A DNA stretch of 64,000 bases, from assembly GCA_934772045.1 (NCBI GenBank), contig CAKVMH010000001.1, positions 17,006 through 81,005 on the forward strand, in the 5' to 3' direction. The stretch is from an uncultured Clostridia bacterium. Its GTDB lineage: Bacteria; Bacillota; Clostridia; Christensenellales; UBA1242. The position numbers and the translations under genes were made by a program. The notes beneath the pieces were generated by a model. That model was not told where the DNA came from. It was given only the letters and a program-made list of their open reading frames with translations, and searched no databases. Below are positions 27,280 through 36,360 of the stretch, in pieces; within the stretch, counting starts at the first letter, position 1, and every line of letters starts with the position of its first letter.

Positions 27280-27286
27280 AATTCAC

Positions 27287-28402
27287 CTACACTTTTTCGC
27301 CACAATCTGGGCAGAATTTAGTTTTTGCTGAAAGTGATTTACCACACTTAGGGCAAACTTTGCCAACTGACAACTTTTCGCCACAGTTAACACAAAACTT
27401 GCTACCTTTTGTTATAGGTTCGCCACATTTTGGGCAAGAAAGCGCTTGTGTTGCACCACATTCAGGGCAGAATTTTGATTTTCCAGGTATGCTTGCGCCA
27501 CATTTAACGCATTGAACAGTTGCTTGACGTTTTGTATCCTTAGCACTGCCAACTGCTTCGGTAAACATATTGCCCATTTGAACGCCGGCACTTAAACCAA
27601 CACCCATGCCAGCAAAGTTATTGCCACCAGGGTTTTTAGCGGATTCTTCAATGGCGTTTGCTGCTTTGAATTGTGTGTATGTGCCCATTTTGTCACTGAT
27701 AACGCCCATTTTTGTGCGTTCGTCAAGCATTTTTTCGACATCTTCAGGGAGTGACAAGTTTTCAATAACAAAATTTGAAACCTTTAAACCCAAAGGTGCA
27801 AATTCTTCTTTCGCATGTTCTTCAACTGCTTTGCCCAACTCTTTGTATTTAGCAGCCAAATCAAGTGCTGAAAGTTTGCTTTCACCAATAACATCGGTAA
27901 GCAATTGAATTAAAGTTGATTTGTATTGTGTTGAAATGTCATTAACACGGTAAATTGGGCTTGTGCCAAAACATTCTTTCATAAATTTTGTTGGGTCATT
28001 AACTTGAACTGAGAATGTACCAAAACCACGCAAACGAATGTTGCCGAAATCAACATCGCGCATCATGATAGGGTTTTGTGTGCCCCATTTTAAGCCCATG
28101 AAACGTTTTGTGTTAATGAAATATACTTCAGCTTTAATCCTGCTGTTGCCCAATGTTGGCAAACTCAACATCTTTGTTAAGAAAGGAATGTTTTCAGTTG
28201 AAAGTTTGTATGTACCTTCACCAAACACGTCCGCTATTTGACCTTTGTGCACAAAGATTGCAACCTGGCTTGGCCTTACAACCAATGTGGAGCTGTTCAT
28301 GATTTCAGCACCGGACTCCATTGGGTAACGATACACGATCACATCAGCACTTGAATCTTTCCATTCAATAACCGATAAAAATTGTTTTCTAAATAATCCC
28401 AT
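27287..28402 (-). CDS. SPFH (stomatin/prohibitin/flotillin)-type protein with three C-terminal zinc ribbons (YdjI/COG4260-like)
   Basis: 371-aa ORF; N-terminal 280 aa resemble the SPFH 'virion core protein-like' family; CVKCG..CPECG, CPKCG..CVNCG, CPKCG..CPDCG. Confidence 0.7.
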   Translation of the reverse strand: MGLFRKQFLSVIEWKDSSADVIVYRYPMESGAEIMNSSTLVVRPSQVAIFVHKGQIADVFGEGTYKLSTENIPFLTKMLSLPTLGNSRIKAEVYFINTKRFMGLKWGTQNPIMMRDVDFGNIRLRGFGTFSVQVNDPTKFMKECFGTSPIYRVNDISTQYKSTLIQLLTDVIGESKLSALDLAAKYKELGKAVEEHAKEEFAPLGLKVSNFVIENLSLPEDVEKMLDERTKMGVISDKMGTYTQFKAANAIEESAKNPGGNNFAGMGVGLSAGVQMGNMFTEAVGSAKDTKRQATVQCVKCGASIPGKSKFCPECGATQALSCPKCGEPITKGSKFCVNCGEKLSVGKVCPKCGKSLSAKTKFCPDCGEKV

Positions 28403-28487
28403 AATTTCTCCTTCAAAAACAATACAGTATTTATAGTTTAATATGATTTTACATTAAATATGATTAAAATGTCAATTATTTTAAAAG

Positions 28488-29300
28488 TTATTTGTTATCA
28501 TTTTCTTGCGTCAATTCAGCTACTGCAGTTGCATCTTCATTTTCGCCCAAGTTAGTTTCAGTAGCCTCCACTTTTGTCTCATGCGTCAATTTTCCGGGCT
28601 TAACTTTGGCACCAGTTTCATTATCTGTTTGGCAATTCTCATTCTTTAACTTGACAGCGCAACCTTTTGCAACTGCCCATGCTAAAATACCGCCACAAAT
28701 GTTACCTAATGTCATAATTAAAAGGTAACCAAAAGTTTTAAAACTCCAAACCCCAGCAAACGTAAAATAGAACATGTTAGCAACACAATGTTCAAATCCA
28801 CACAACACAAAAACGCTAACACCAAAAAACAATGCCAAAGCACGAACAAGTTCGCCTTTAAAATTTTTAAAACCATGGACAGCAACAAATATCAACACAT
28901 TGCACAACACCGCCAAAATGAAAACACTTGCTAAACTATCTGCCAATTTTATGTTTGCAATTGACAAACATTTTTCAGTTAAACTGCTTAGCCTTGTAAG
29001 CCTTAAAAATAACCCAACGCAAACAGAGCCAACTAAATTGCCACACCAAATGCCAAAAAGGTTAAAAATATATTTAGGTTTATTTTCAAACGCATAACAA
29101 ACCTTACCTGTAAACAAATTGAAATTGAATGTTAAGATTGTAAATAACCCAATTGTAAAAAATAATGCACCAACAATTTTATTGACACAACTTAAATATG
29201 CAAGCCCACCAATTGCAATGCAGACCCCCGCTGGGATTGCTTTTAAAAAATCCAATAATACCGAATATAAATAATTTTTGGTTTTTTCTTTTGTTTTCAT
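28488..29300 (-). CDS. Formate/nitrite transporter (FNT) family channel
   Basis: Six TM segments; FNT signatures FNLFTGK and GFEHCVANMF; acidic C-terminal tail. Confidence 0.8.
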   Translation of the reverse strand: MKTKEKTKNYLYSVLLDFLKAIPAGVCIAIGGLAYLSCVNKIVGALFFTIGLFTILTFNFNLFTGKVCYAFENKPKYIFNLFGIWCGNLVGSVCVGLFLRLTRLSSLTEKCLSIANIKLADSLASVFILAVLCNVLIFVAVHGFKNFKGELVRALALFFGVSVFVLCGFEHCVANMFYFTFAGVWSFKTFGYLLIMTLGNICGGILAWAVAKGCAVKLKNENCQTDNETGAKVKPGKLTHETKVEATETNLGENEDATAVAELTQENDNK

Positions 29301-29586
29301 ACTATTATTATATCATATAAGGACATTAAATTACAATTAAAACATTGCAAATAAACACACATAAAATTTATTTGTTTTCAATTTATTTTTTAATTTATAG
29401 TTAATTATTTTAATTATATTTTTATGATTATTTATAAAAAAACAATTTTAATTTTTTGTTTTATTATTTATAAAAATTTATAAAAATATTAAAAAATATA
29501 TTAAATTAATTAAAATTAAATAAAAATTTCATTATAAAATTAATTTTTTGATATTTTTTTATAAATATTATTTATTTTTAATTTTT

Positions 29587-30354
29587 TCATTTTTTTCTAT
29601 TTATAAATTTAGTTATAATTTCATCAATTTTAGATTGATATTTTACACTCATATAAAACAGCACTGCCAAAGCAACAGCAATGATAACCCACACCACTAA
29701 ACCCCAGCCAGCAAAAGGTATCACAGCACCGCTTCCAAACAGCACAGTGCAACCAATTCCCACCGCTCTACATAAAACATTAGTTACAAAAAAGAATGTA
29801 AAACTCATGTTTGTTATACCTGCGACCACACACAAAATGTCGTCTGGGAACATTGGAAACACCATCATAAGGAAAAACACATATTTACCTTCACTAATAA
29901 TTTTTATCCATTTTTCAGCACTCGTTTCGCCCGCTATCCAATATAGAAATTTTCGCCCCGCTTTGCGTCCGAGCCAAAAGTTAAACAAACTGCCTAACAT
30001 TATGGCAATATAACTTAACAAAAACGCCTTCCACTTTGGAAAAATTAAAACGCCTGCCATTGTCACAATTATAGAAGGAATCTGCAAAAATGTGGTTTGT
30101 AAAAATTGAAACAACATAAACAAAAGCGAACTAAATACACCACCACACTCGACAACCTTCCTTAACTTTTCAATTGAATTTATTTTTTGCCACAATCCAA
30201 GATGTTTAAATATTAAACATACAACATAACCTAAACCTACAAGTGCAGATAAAAAAACAAAAGCGCGGAAAATGGTTGTCCACACTGTGTGTTTTTTCAT
30301 TTTATTTTGAACAGCAACATTTTCTTTAAATATTCCTTGCTTTGTTGTCCACAT
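29587..30354 (-). CDS. TVP38/TMEM64 (DedA-related, SNARE-associated) membrane protein
   Basis: Polytopic; VFPMFPDDILCVVAG motif; start may be the internal MKKHTVW (30300). Confidence 0.7.
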   Translation of the reverse strand: MWTTKQGIFKENVAVQNKMKKHTVWTTIFRAFVFLSALVGLGYVVCLIFKHLGLWQKINSIEKLRKVVECGGVFSSLLFMLFQFLQTTFLQIPSIIVTMAGVLIFPKWKAFLLSYIAIMLGSLFNFWLGRKAGRKFLYWIAGETSAEKWIKIISEGKYVFFLMMVFPMFPDDILCVVAGITNMSFTFFFVTNVLCRAVGIGCTVLFGSGAVIPFAGWGLVVWVIIAVALAVLFYMSVKYQSKIDEIITKFINRKK

Positions 30355-30492
30355 AAAACATTATATTAAATTTTTAAAAAAACTTTACTTTAAAGCCCAT
30401 TTATATTTTAAATAAATTGATAAATGATTAATTTAAATTCAATTTTAATTATAATTTAACTTTTACATTTAAACCTGCAATCTAAATTATTA

Positions 30493-31506
30493 TTAAATGA
30501 ACTTTTCAGTTTCTTTAATGATTTTTTGCATCATTTTAACCGCTTCGACAGGATGTTTGCCAGACGCTGATTCTCCAGACAACATGACCGCATTTGTCCC
30601 ATCATAAAGCGCATTTGCAACATCGCTAACTTCTGCACGTGTAGGGCGTAAATTGTTAATCATGCTTTCAAGCATTTCAGTTGCAACAATGACAAACTTA
30701 CCTTTACGCACCGCTTTTGAAATCATGTCTTTTTGAATGTGAGGCAATTTTTCCATAGGCAATTCAACGCCAAGGTCGCCACGCGCAACCATGAGTCCGT
30801 CGCTCGTTTCAATGATTTCGTTTAAATTCTTAACGCCCAAAGCAGATTCAATTTTAGAAATTATTTTCATATTGCTTTTATTTTCAGCCAAAATTTTTCT
30901 AACGGCTTGAACATCTTTTTTACTGTTTACAAAACTTATTGCAACCATATCAAATTTGTTTTTTACTGCCCAAATGATGTCTTGCAGGTCTAAATCGTTA
31001 ACATATTTGATGTTTAATTTAAGGTTTGGTATAAACAAACTTTTATTGTTGCTTAAAATTCCACCATTCTTTGCAATCGTTATAATGTCCTTTTCAGTTT
31101 TGTCCACAACTTTAAATTCAAGCAAACCATCATTAGCCTTAATCACACTTCCAATTTCCACATTTTTCACAATGCGCGGTTGATTGATTGAAACAATCTC
31201 AGCATTGCCAACAACACTCTTTGCTGTAAAAACAAAATTTTGTCCTTTTTTAATGTCAACTTTGCCGTCTTTAAAAGTTTTAACCCTAATTTCAGGCCCG
31301 CGCGTATCCAACATAAGTGAAAGATTAAACCCTTCTTTCCTTAATTGTTTTACATTAGCAACAATTGCTTCCATATCTCCATGTTTTGCGTGTGAAAGAT
31401 TGATGCGGACAATATCCATGCCAGCCTGCGCCATTTTCTTCATTGTTTGAAAATCAAAACTGCTAGGCCCAATAGTAGCAACAATCTGTGTTTTATCGTT
31501 AGTCAT
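30493..31506 (-). CDS. pyk: Pyruvate kinase, short form lacking the C-terminal domain
   Basis: N-terminus [27 protein letters not shown] motifs present; the ORF stops at 337 aa, at about the end of the A-domain barrel. Confidence 0.8.
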   Translation of the reverse strand: MTNDKTQIVATIGPSSFDFQTMKKMAQAGMDIVRINLSHAKHGDMEAIVANVKQLRKEGFNLSLMLDTRGPEIRVKTFKDGKVDIKKGQNFVFTAKSVVGNAEIVSINQPRIVKNVEIGSVIKANDGLLEFKVVDKTEKDIITIAKNGGILSNNKSLFIPNLKLNIKYVNDLDLQDIIWAVKNKFDMVAISFVNSKKDVQAVRKILAENKSNMKIISKIESALGVKNLNEIIETSDGLMVARGDLGVELPMEKLPHIQKDMISKAVRKGKFVIVATEMLESMINNLRPTRAEVSDVANALYDGTNAVMLSGESASGKHPVEAVKMMQKIIKETEKFI

Positions 31507-31632
31507 AATTCCCCTTTACATTATATTATCACACTTACAAACTTCTTACAATTAATTTACATTTATATTTTCATTATATCAGGTAAATAAAATTTGTAAT
31601 TATTAAAATTAAATATAAATTTTTAAAATCTA

Positions 31633-31661
31633 TTGAAATTTTGGCGTGTTAAGGCTATAAT
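31633..31661 (+). promoter_or_regulatory. ssrA promoter
   Basis: TTGAAA (31633-38) - 17 nt - TATAAT (31656-61); tmRNA 5' G lies 9 nt downstream. Confidence 0.7.
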
Positions 31662-31669
31662 AATTATAT

Positions 31670-32025
31670 GGGGATGAATTAGTTTCGACTGTCATGCTCT
31701 GTTTTGATACGCATGCCGAGCGTCGGCTCGTTAAACACGTCTTGTTTTTGAACAAGATTAAATAAATCAAAACAACAATAAACTTGCTATGGCTGCCTAG
31801 TTGCACCTAGCCGTCAGTTTGGCAGTACCGATATGCCAAAGTCTGGCGTCGTAAATCGGTAAACGATTGATTTTGTCGCCTAGCGAACTCAATTGTACTT
31901 ATAGGCTTGAAACCCGCAAGTGTTGGTGTAAGTTGCAGGTTTTGAAATATAGTCATCAACTAAGCATGTAGTGTATGATTTCAAAGCATGGTAGGACATG
32001 GGTGCAACCCCCATCATCTCCACCA
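31670..32025 (+). ncRNA. ssrA: tmRNA (transfer-messenger RNA)
   Basis: 5' GGGGATG pairs with 3' CATCTCC-ACCA; T-arm-like GGGTGCAACCCCC; internal tag frame ending ..AAT AAA CTT GCT ATG GCT GCC TAG (..NKLAMAA*) at 31762-31800. Confidence 0.9.
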
Positions 32026-32033
32026 ATTTTTAA

Positions 32034-32136
32034 ATAAACCAAATTATTTCGCTGTCGCTCTTAAATTTGGTTTGTCGTATTAAGAATAAGCCAATTTACT
32101 TCGCTGTTGCTCGTAAATAAGGCTTGTTGTATTCAC
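32034..32136 (+). repeat. Two tandem 52-bp hairpin repeat units (dispersed family)
   Basis: AATAAACCAAATTATTTCGCTGTCGCTCTTAAATTTGGTTTGTCGTATTAAG / AATAAGCCAATTTACTTCGCTGTTGCTCGTAAATAAGGCTTGTTGTATTCAC. Confidence 0.75.
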
Positions 32137-32140
32137 AATA

Positions 32141-32200
32141 AAAAAAACAGTTAAATGAAGTGACCCCATAGGAGTTTACTTGAAAATTAACTGTTTTTTA
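32141..32200. terminator. Bidirectional terminator (ssrA / barstar-like gene)
   Basis: AAAAAAACAGTTAA ... TTAACTGTTTTTT long-loop hairpin. Confidence 0.55.
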
Positions 32201-32476
32201 TTGTATTGTAACTTTAAATTCATTTGGAAATTTTTTTTCAGCATCAAAGAAACAATTTAAAATTTTAGTTATAATTTCATCGTTATAATCATTTTCCTTT
32301 CCTGTAAAATTTTTTAAAACAATTTCACAAGGTGTATTTATGAAGCCTGTCAACATATCCCAAAGTGCATCTGCATTTTTACCAAACCATTCAGGCAATT
32401 TCATCTCTTTTTGTATAAGGTCATAAAATTCATCACCCCACTTGAAATTTTTTCTATCAAACACATATTTTTCCAT
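32198..32476 (-). CDS. Barstar-family ribonuclease inhibitor / immunity protein
   Basis: LPEWFGKNADALWDMLTGFINTPCEIVLKNF aligns by eye with barstar [31 protein letters not shown]. Confidence 0.75.
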   Translation of the reverse strand: MEKYVFDRKNFKWGDEFYDLIQKEMKLPEWFGKNADALWDMLTGFINTPCEIVLKNFTGKENDYNDEIITKILNCFFDAEKKFPNEFKVTIQ

Positions 32477-32496
32477 TATTATTCTCCCTATTCTTA

Positions 32497-32835
32497 TTAA
32501 GAATTATAATCATAAGAAATTTTGTTTTTCTTTTCACCTAATAGATTTTTAATATATCCACTTTCAACTTTACACCACCATTTTGGATCGTTTCTAGGAA
32601 TTCCACTTAATATGTATTCATCAGGACATCCACCGTCTTCAACTAATTCTAAATCTTCAATTTTGATAGAAGAACATTTGTACATATCCTTGTGATTACC
32701 CGTTTCAAAAGCAACATAGAACTCACTATTCCTAATTTCAGGCAACCATATAATTCCAATTTCATCCTTAAAAGCATTGTCTTTTTTATATCTTTCTCTA
32801 TCAACAAGCAGTTTTACTTTATCTAAGTATTTCAC
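32497..32835 (-). CDS. Small hypothetical protein, immunity/antitoxin-like (DUF4926-like N-terminus, tentative)
   Basis: 112-aa ORF between two barstar-like genes; N-terminal pattern resembles small SH3-like immunity proteins. Confidence 0.4.
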   Translation of the reverse strand: MKYLDKVKLLVDRERYKKDNAFKDEIGIIWLPEIRNSEFYVAFETGNHKDMYKCSSIKIEDLELVEDGGCPDEYILSGIPRNDPKWWCKVESGYIKNLLGEKKNKISYDYNS

Positions 32836-32929
32836 TATGCCAACCTCCTATCAAAGTAACACAGCTTAATTTTCCTTCCGGAAAAACGATAAATAACGAT
32901 TTTACATCACATATTCCATATTTAATTCT

Positions 32930-33253
32930 TTATTTTTCCATAGGTTCGAATTCGATAGTATTATTTGGATGTTGTTTAACAAAGTCTTGCAATACTTCAA
33001 AGATAATTTTCCATTCATAATCATCATAAGTCGTTTTTTGCTTTATTTTTTTCAAATCAAAGCCTACAAACACAAACTTTATATTCTTGTCATGATTATA
33101 CCACAAAAATTCATCAAGCATATTTGCGTTGTAATTAAGGTTTGGATAATCTTCCCAATCCATAAAGCCTTTACCATTCAATTCTTCGTATACCTGCGTA
33201 TAAAAATCTTTGTAGCTTGTCAAATTATCCCTATTAAAAATTATCACTTGCAT
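32930..33253 (-). CDS. Barstar-like immunity protein (divergent)
   Basis: 107 aa; NLNYNANMLDEFLWY region aligns with the barstar NLDALWDCL helix; similar length and layout. Confidence 0.5.
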   Translation of the reverse strand: MQVIIFNRDNLTSYKDFYTQVYEELNGKGFMDWEDYPNLNYNANMLDEFLWYNHDKNIKFVFVGFDLKKIKQKTTYDDYEWKIIFEVLQDFVKQHPNNTIEFEPMEK

Positions 33254-33373
33254 TTTCTTCTCCTTATTTTATAAACATCACTTGCCTTTCATCATGAAAT
33301 TCCGAATAAAACATAAGTCCATCATTTGAATAATACAACCTTCATTTTAGATTTTTAAGTACTACATTTAAAA

Positions 33374-33859
33374 TTAGTAAGCCTTTTTTAAATCTTTTTC
33401 TATTTGTTTTGTTTTTAAAGTTTCGCGTTTGTCGGCAAGATTTTTACCGCGTGCTGTGGCAATTTCAACTTTTAAATTGCTACCACTGAAATATGCCTTT
33501 GTTGGCACAAGTGTTAAATGCTCCTGTTCCAATGCTTTTTTAATTTTTTGTATTTCAATTTTATGCAATAACAGTTTCCTATCTCGCCTTGTTCTGTCAC
33601 CAAAGCGACCAGCGTCAAAACTGTTTGAATATTCTTTAATATAACTGTTGCGTAAAAAACATTCATCATCTTTAATGTAAGCATAACAATCTACCAAAGA
33701 AAGGTGCCCTGCGCGAACCGATTTTATTTCATCACCAGTAAGCACAATGCCTGCTTCATAAAAATCTAACAAATTATATTCAAACCTAGCGCGCCTATTT
33801 TCCGCCACCAGGCGTGGGCTTTCTTTTTTTTCACTCTTATTTTTGACTTTCATTTTCAT
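33374..33859 (-). CDS. smpB: SsrA-binding protein
   Basis: 161 aa; ENRRARFEY, GDEIKS, LLLHK motifs typical of SmpB. Confidence 0.9.
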   Translation of the reverse strand: MKMKVKNKSEKKESPRLVAENRRARFEYNLLDFYEAGIVLTGDEIKSVRAGHLSLVDCYAYIKDDECFLRNSYIKEYSNSFDAGRFGDRTRRDRKLLLHKIEIQKIKKALEQEHLTLVPTKAYFSGSNLKVEIATARGKNLADKRETLKTKQIEKDLKKAY

Positions 33860-33986
33860 ATTTTAAATTTTACCACACTTCTCAAAAAAAACCAACCACA
33901 TTTAAACAGTGCAGACAAAGTGTGCATATAAATTAAGTTTATGGCAGTTAACAAAAATTAAATATAGGTCATTTTTAATTACCCTA

Positions 33987-34015
33987 TTGATATTCTTACT
34001 TTTGTGTGTTATAAT
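33987..34015 (+). promoter_or_regulatory. Promoter of the small-ORF/PIN-like operon
   Basis: TTGATA (33987-92) - 17 nt - TATAAT (34010-15) with TGT extended -10. Confidence 0.6.
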
Positions 34016-34034
34016 CCGAGCAATAAGGGAGTGA

Positions 34035-34220
34035 GTGATGCTAAATAGTAATTTACTTGTAAGGTGTTTTGCTCGCGCGTCTGCGTCTAGCACAATCGAT
34101 TGTGACATATACACCCAAATTGAACAAGCACAAAAGTTAATGGAATGCAAAAGTTACGAACAACAAACAAAAGAATATGCAAAATTTTTAATGAAGTTTG
34201 CAAAAAGGAGGAACAGTTAA
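34035..34220 (+). CDS. Small protein (61 aa), possible antitoxin/partner of the PIN-like protein
   Basis: GGGAGTGA SD; stop overlaps the downstream ATG (TAATG). Confidence 0.4.
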   Translation: MMLNSNLLVRCFARASASSTIDCDIYTQIEQAQKLMECKSYEQQTKEYAKFLMKFAKRRNS

Positions 34221-35047
34221 TGAAATCACACGATGGTTTTTATCATGAAGACACTTATTTTTCAATAGACAGCGACCTTGTATTATGCCTTGCAGAAATT
34301 CACCATATACAAAGATTTTATGGCAAGGTTGAATATTATCACATAAACAAAAAATACTTCGCTGCCAGAAATAACTTTAATGAAATAATGTATTTGTACG
34401 AACTTATTTCAACAGGCAAACTTAAACCAGTTATTACAAACACAGTTTTCCAAGAAATTAGCGGAAGTATCTATGCAACAGACAGCGGTAACTTTGATAT
34501 TAATATTATCAAGTTTTTTGAAGACTTTTGTTACGCTCCAAAGCCGAATGTTTTGTTATCTAATCGTGAAAGCGACCGCGTACAAGTTTTGGCAAAAAAG
34601 TATTGCTTACCTTACAAAGACAATACAAAGAAAAAACACCCAGCACCTATGAAATTTAAATTCAATGCATACTTTAACATGATGTTGCCTGAAAATGATG
34701 CCGTTTGTGTTGCGGAAGCTTCTGAAATGAATTTGTCTTTCTTAACATACAATGGTAGGCATCTCATTTGGCGTGGAAAAGATGAAGATGCAAAAGTAAG
34801 GACACTCGGTATAGTTGCAATTAACATACAAAGCGGATACTATACACAAACTCCAACCGGAAGCAAAATCGTTCCAAAGCCAATGTATTTGCTTGATTTT
34901 GTCAACTCTGTTAAAGCGTGTGATGGTGGTTTAAATTTCTACGACTGCCCATCGCCAGACCCAAATAGGATTGTGCGTTTAAAAGACTTAATTGACCTTG
35001 AAGCATTTAAAGCCGAACTTAAAAAAGAAGATGATGAAATTGTGTAA
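34220..35047 (+). CDS. PIN-like domain protein (putative nuclease)
   Basis: AAAGGAGG SD; SIDSDLVLCLAE, PVITNTVFQEI and NDAVCVAEASEMNLSFLTYNGRHL match the acidic-residue pattern of PIN domains; start at MKSHDG rather than ORF-track 34145. Confidence 0.5.
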   Translation: MKSHDGFYHEDTYFSIDSDLVLCLAEIHHIQRFYGKVEYYHINKKYFAARNNFNEIMYLYELISTGKLKPVITNTVFQEISGSIYATDSGNFDINIIKFFEDFCYAPKPNVLLSNRESDRVQVLAKKYCLPYKDNTKKKHPAPMKFKFNAYFNMMLPENDAVCVAEASEMNLSFLTYNGRHLIWRGKDEDAKVRTLGIVAINIQSGYYTQTPTGSKIVPKPMYLLDFVNSVKACDGGLNFYDCPSPDPNRIVRLKDLIDLEAFKAELKKEDDEIV

Positions 35048-35117
35048 TTTAAAATGTAAAAATTTACAACTTTTTCAATTTATACATAAAATTTAAAACG
35101 CATAACACCCAACATTA

Positions 35118-35167
35118 TTAAAATGGACTAATTTACTTTGCTTTGCTCGTAATATATATCGTTCAAC
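35118..35167 (+). repeat. 52-bp hairpin repeat unit, degenerate single copy
   Basis: ..GGACTAATTTACTTTGCTTTGCTCGTAATATATATCGTTCAAC followed by A-run plus terminator. Confidence 0.5.
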
Positions 35168-35201
35168 AAAAAAGCAGCTAATCAAATTAACTGCTTTTTT
35201 T
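35168..35201. terminator. Bidirectional terminator
   Basis: AAAAAAGCAGCTAAT-caa-ATTAACTGCTTTTTTT. Confidence 0.7.
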
Positions 35202-35235
35202 AATTTCATTTGATATTAATCAGTATTACATCTTA

Positions 35236-36240
35236 CTATTTTGTAGTGATTTCTTTTGAAACAACATCATAAGATGTGTTGTTGTTGATTGTTGCATTGT
35301 GCCCGTCAACAAGGTAAACACCAATTGCATTGCCGTGGTCACTTGTGATTGTTGCATTTGTAATTGTAACAGTAGGTTCACCACCTGGATAATCCATTGC
35401 ATCAACACAAATAGCATCGCCTGTTGAAGTTGCACCGCCATGCCTATTTTCATAGTCTGCCTTAGCACCCTTTGCGTGAAGTGTTGCGCCATTAATTGTT
35501 GTTGTGCCACATTTAATGTAAAGTGCTGTATCTGCGGTGATTGTTGCTGCACCAATATTTAATGTGCCGATGTTTTGCATATAAATACCAATTTCGCCAC
35601 CTTCAATTTTTGCGCCATCATTAATTTCAATTGTGTATCCGCCTTTACCAGCTGTACCATTTGCACTTAAAACCGCTGTTAAACCTTCAGCTTTCAATGT
35701 GCCATAAACATATGCTTTTGAATTTGCGTCTTCAATTGTAATAGCGTTATTTGTTGTGCCACCAATTTTATTTGCAACGATTGTGCAATTATTTGCAACT
35801 GTAACTTCTCCGCCTTTTTGCACCCAAACACCCCATTTTTGTGTTTCAAGTGTGCCATTTTGTAACTTTAAAGTTGTATTTGCTTTCCTTGCAGCCAAGT
35901 CAAAACCGCCAGCTTGTGAGCTAAGTTTGTGCCCGCCCAGGTCAATTAACATATTTACGTCAATTGAAATATACCCTGTTAAAGTATAATCTTTCATCAA
36001 AGTAATTTCGTCACCGTCTTCCAAACTGTCAACTAATTCGGTTGTGAAATAGTCCACGTATCTAACTTCTTCGCCTTCCTTAATCTTAAGAACTGCTTTG
36101 TCGCTTACAGCACCACATTCGCACAAAAAGTCGTCACCAAAACTATGTTGATGTTTATCGCATGCTGTCAAAGTAAACAATGCACTAACCATCAAGCAAA
36201 GTGTAAGCAAAAAACCTAATAATGTCTTTTTCTTTGTCAT
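35236..36240 (-). CDS. Lipoprotein with right-handed beta-helix-like repeats
   Basis: MTKKKTLLGFLLTLCLMVSALFTLTAC lipobox; G/T/A/N-rich periodic repeats (..NATI.., ..GATL..). Confidence 0.65.
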   Translation of the reverse strand: MTKKKTLLGFLLTLCLMVSALFTLTACDKHQHSFGDDFLCECGAVSDKAVLKIKEGEEVRYVDYFTTELVDSLEDGDEITLMKDYTLTGYISIDVNMLIDLGGHKLSSQAGGFDLAARKANTTLKLQNGTLETQKWGVWVQKGGEVTVANNCTIVANKIGGTTNNAITIEDANSKAYVYGTLKAEGLTAVLSANGTAGKGGYTIEINDGAKIEGGEIGIYMQNIGTLNIGAATITADTALYIKCGTTTINGATLHAKGAKADYENRHGGATSTGDAICVDAMDYPGGEPTVTITNATITSDHGNAIGVYLVDGHNATINNNTSYDVVSKEITTK

Positions 36241-36360
36241 AAATCCCCCTTTAAAATGTTGTCCACTTTTATTGTATTCAACACACCTAGTCTAACAAAT
36301 TGTTGTTATCTAAGCAACTTAATTTGATATAGATTTCAATTTATTTCAAAAAGATTTTGT

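Noticed and set aside
32026-33373. Intact ssrA-integrated prophage or genomic island
   Set aside because: There are no integrase, phage or mobility genes. I could find no duplicated copy of the ssrA 3' end (..CATCATCTCCACCA) that would mark an att site. Only an islet of immunity-like genes remains.
33254-33373. Tiny ORFs (MKVVLFK*, MMDLCFIRNFMMKGK*) between smpB and the barstar-like gene
   Set aside because: They are too short and lack SDs. They are at best remnants of a decayed gene and are not reportable as features.
35226-35555. 109-aa Q-rich ORF
   Set aside because: It is an alternative frame on the same strand inside the beta-helix lipoprotein gene, a compositional artefact.
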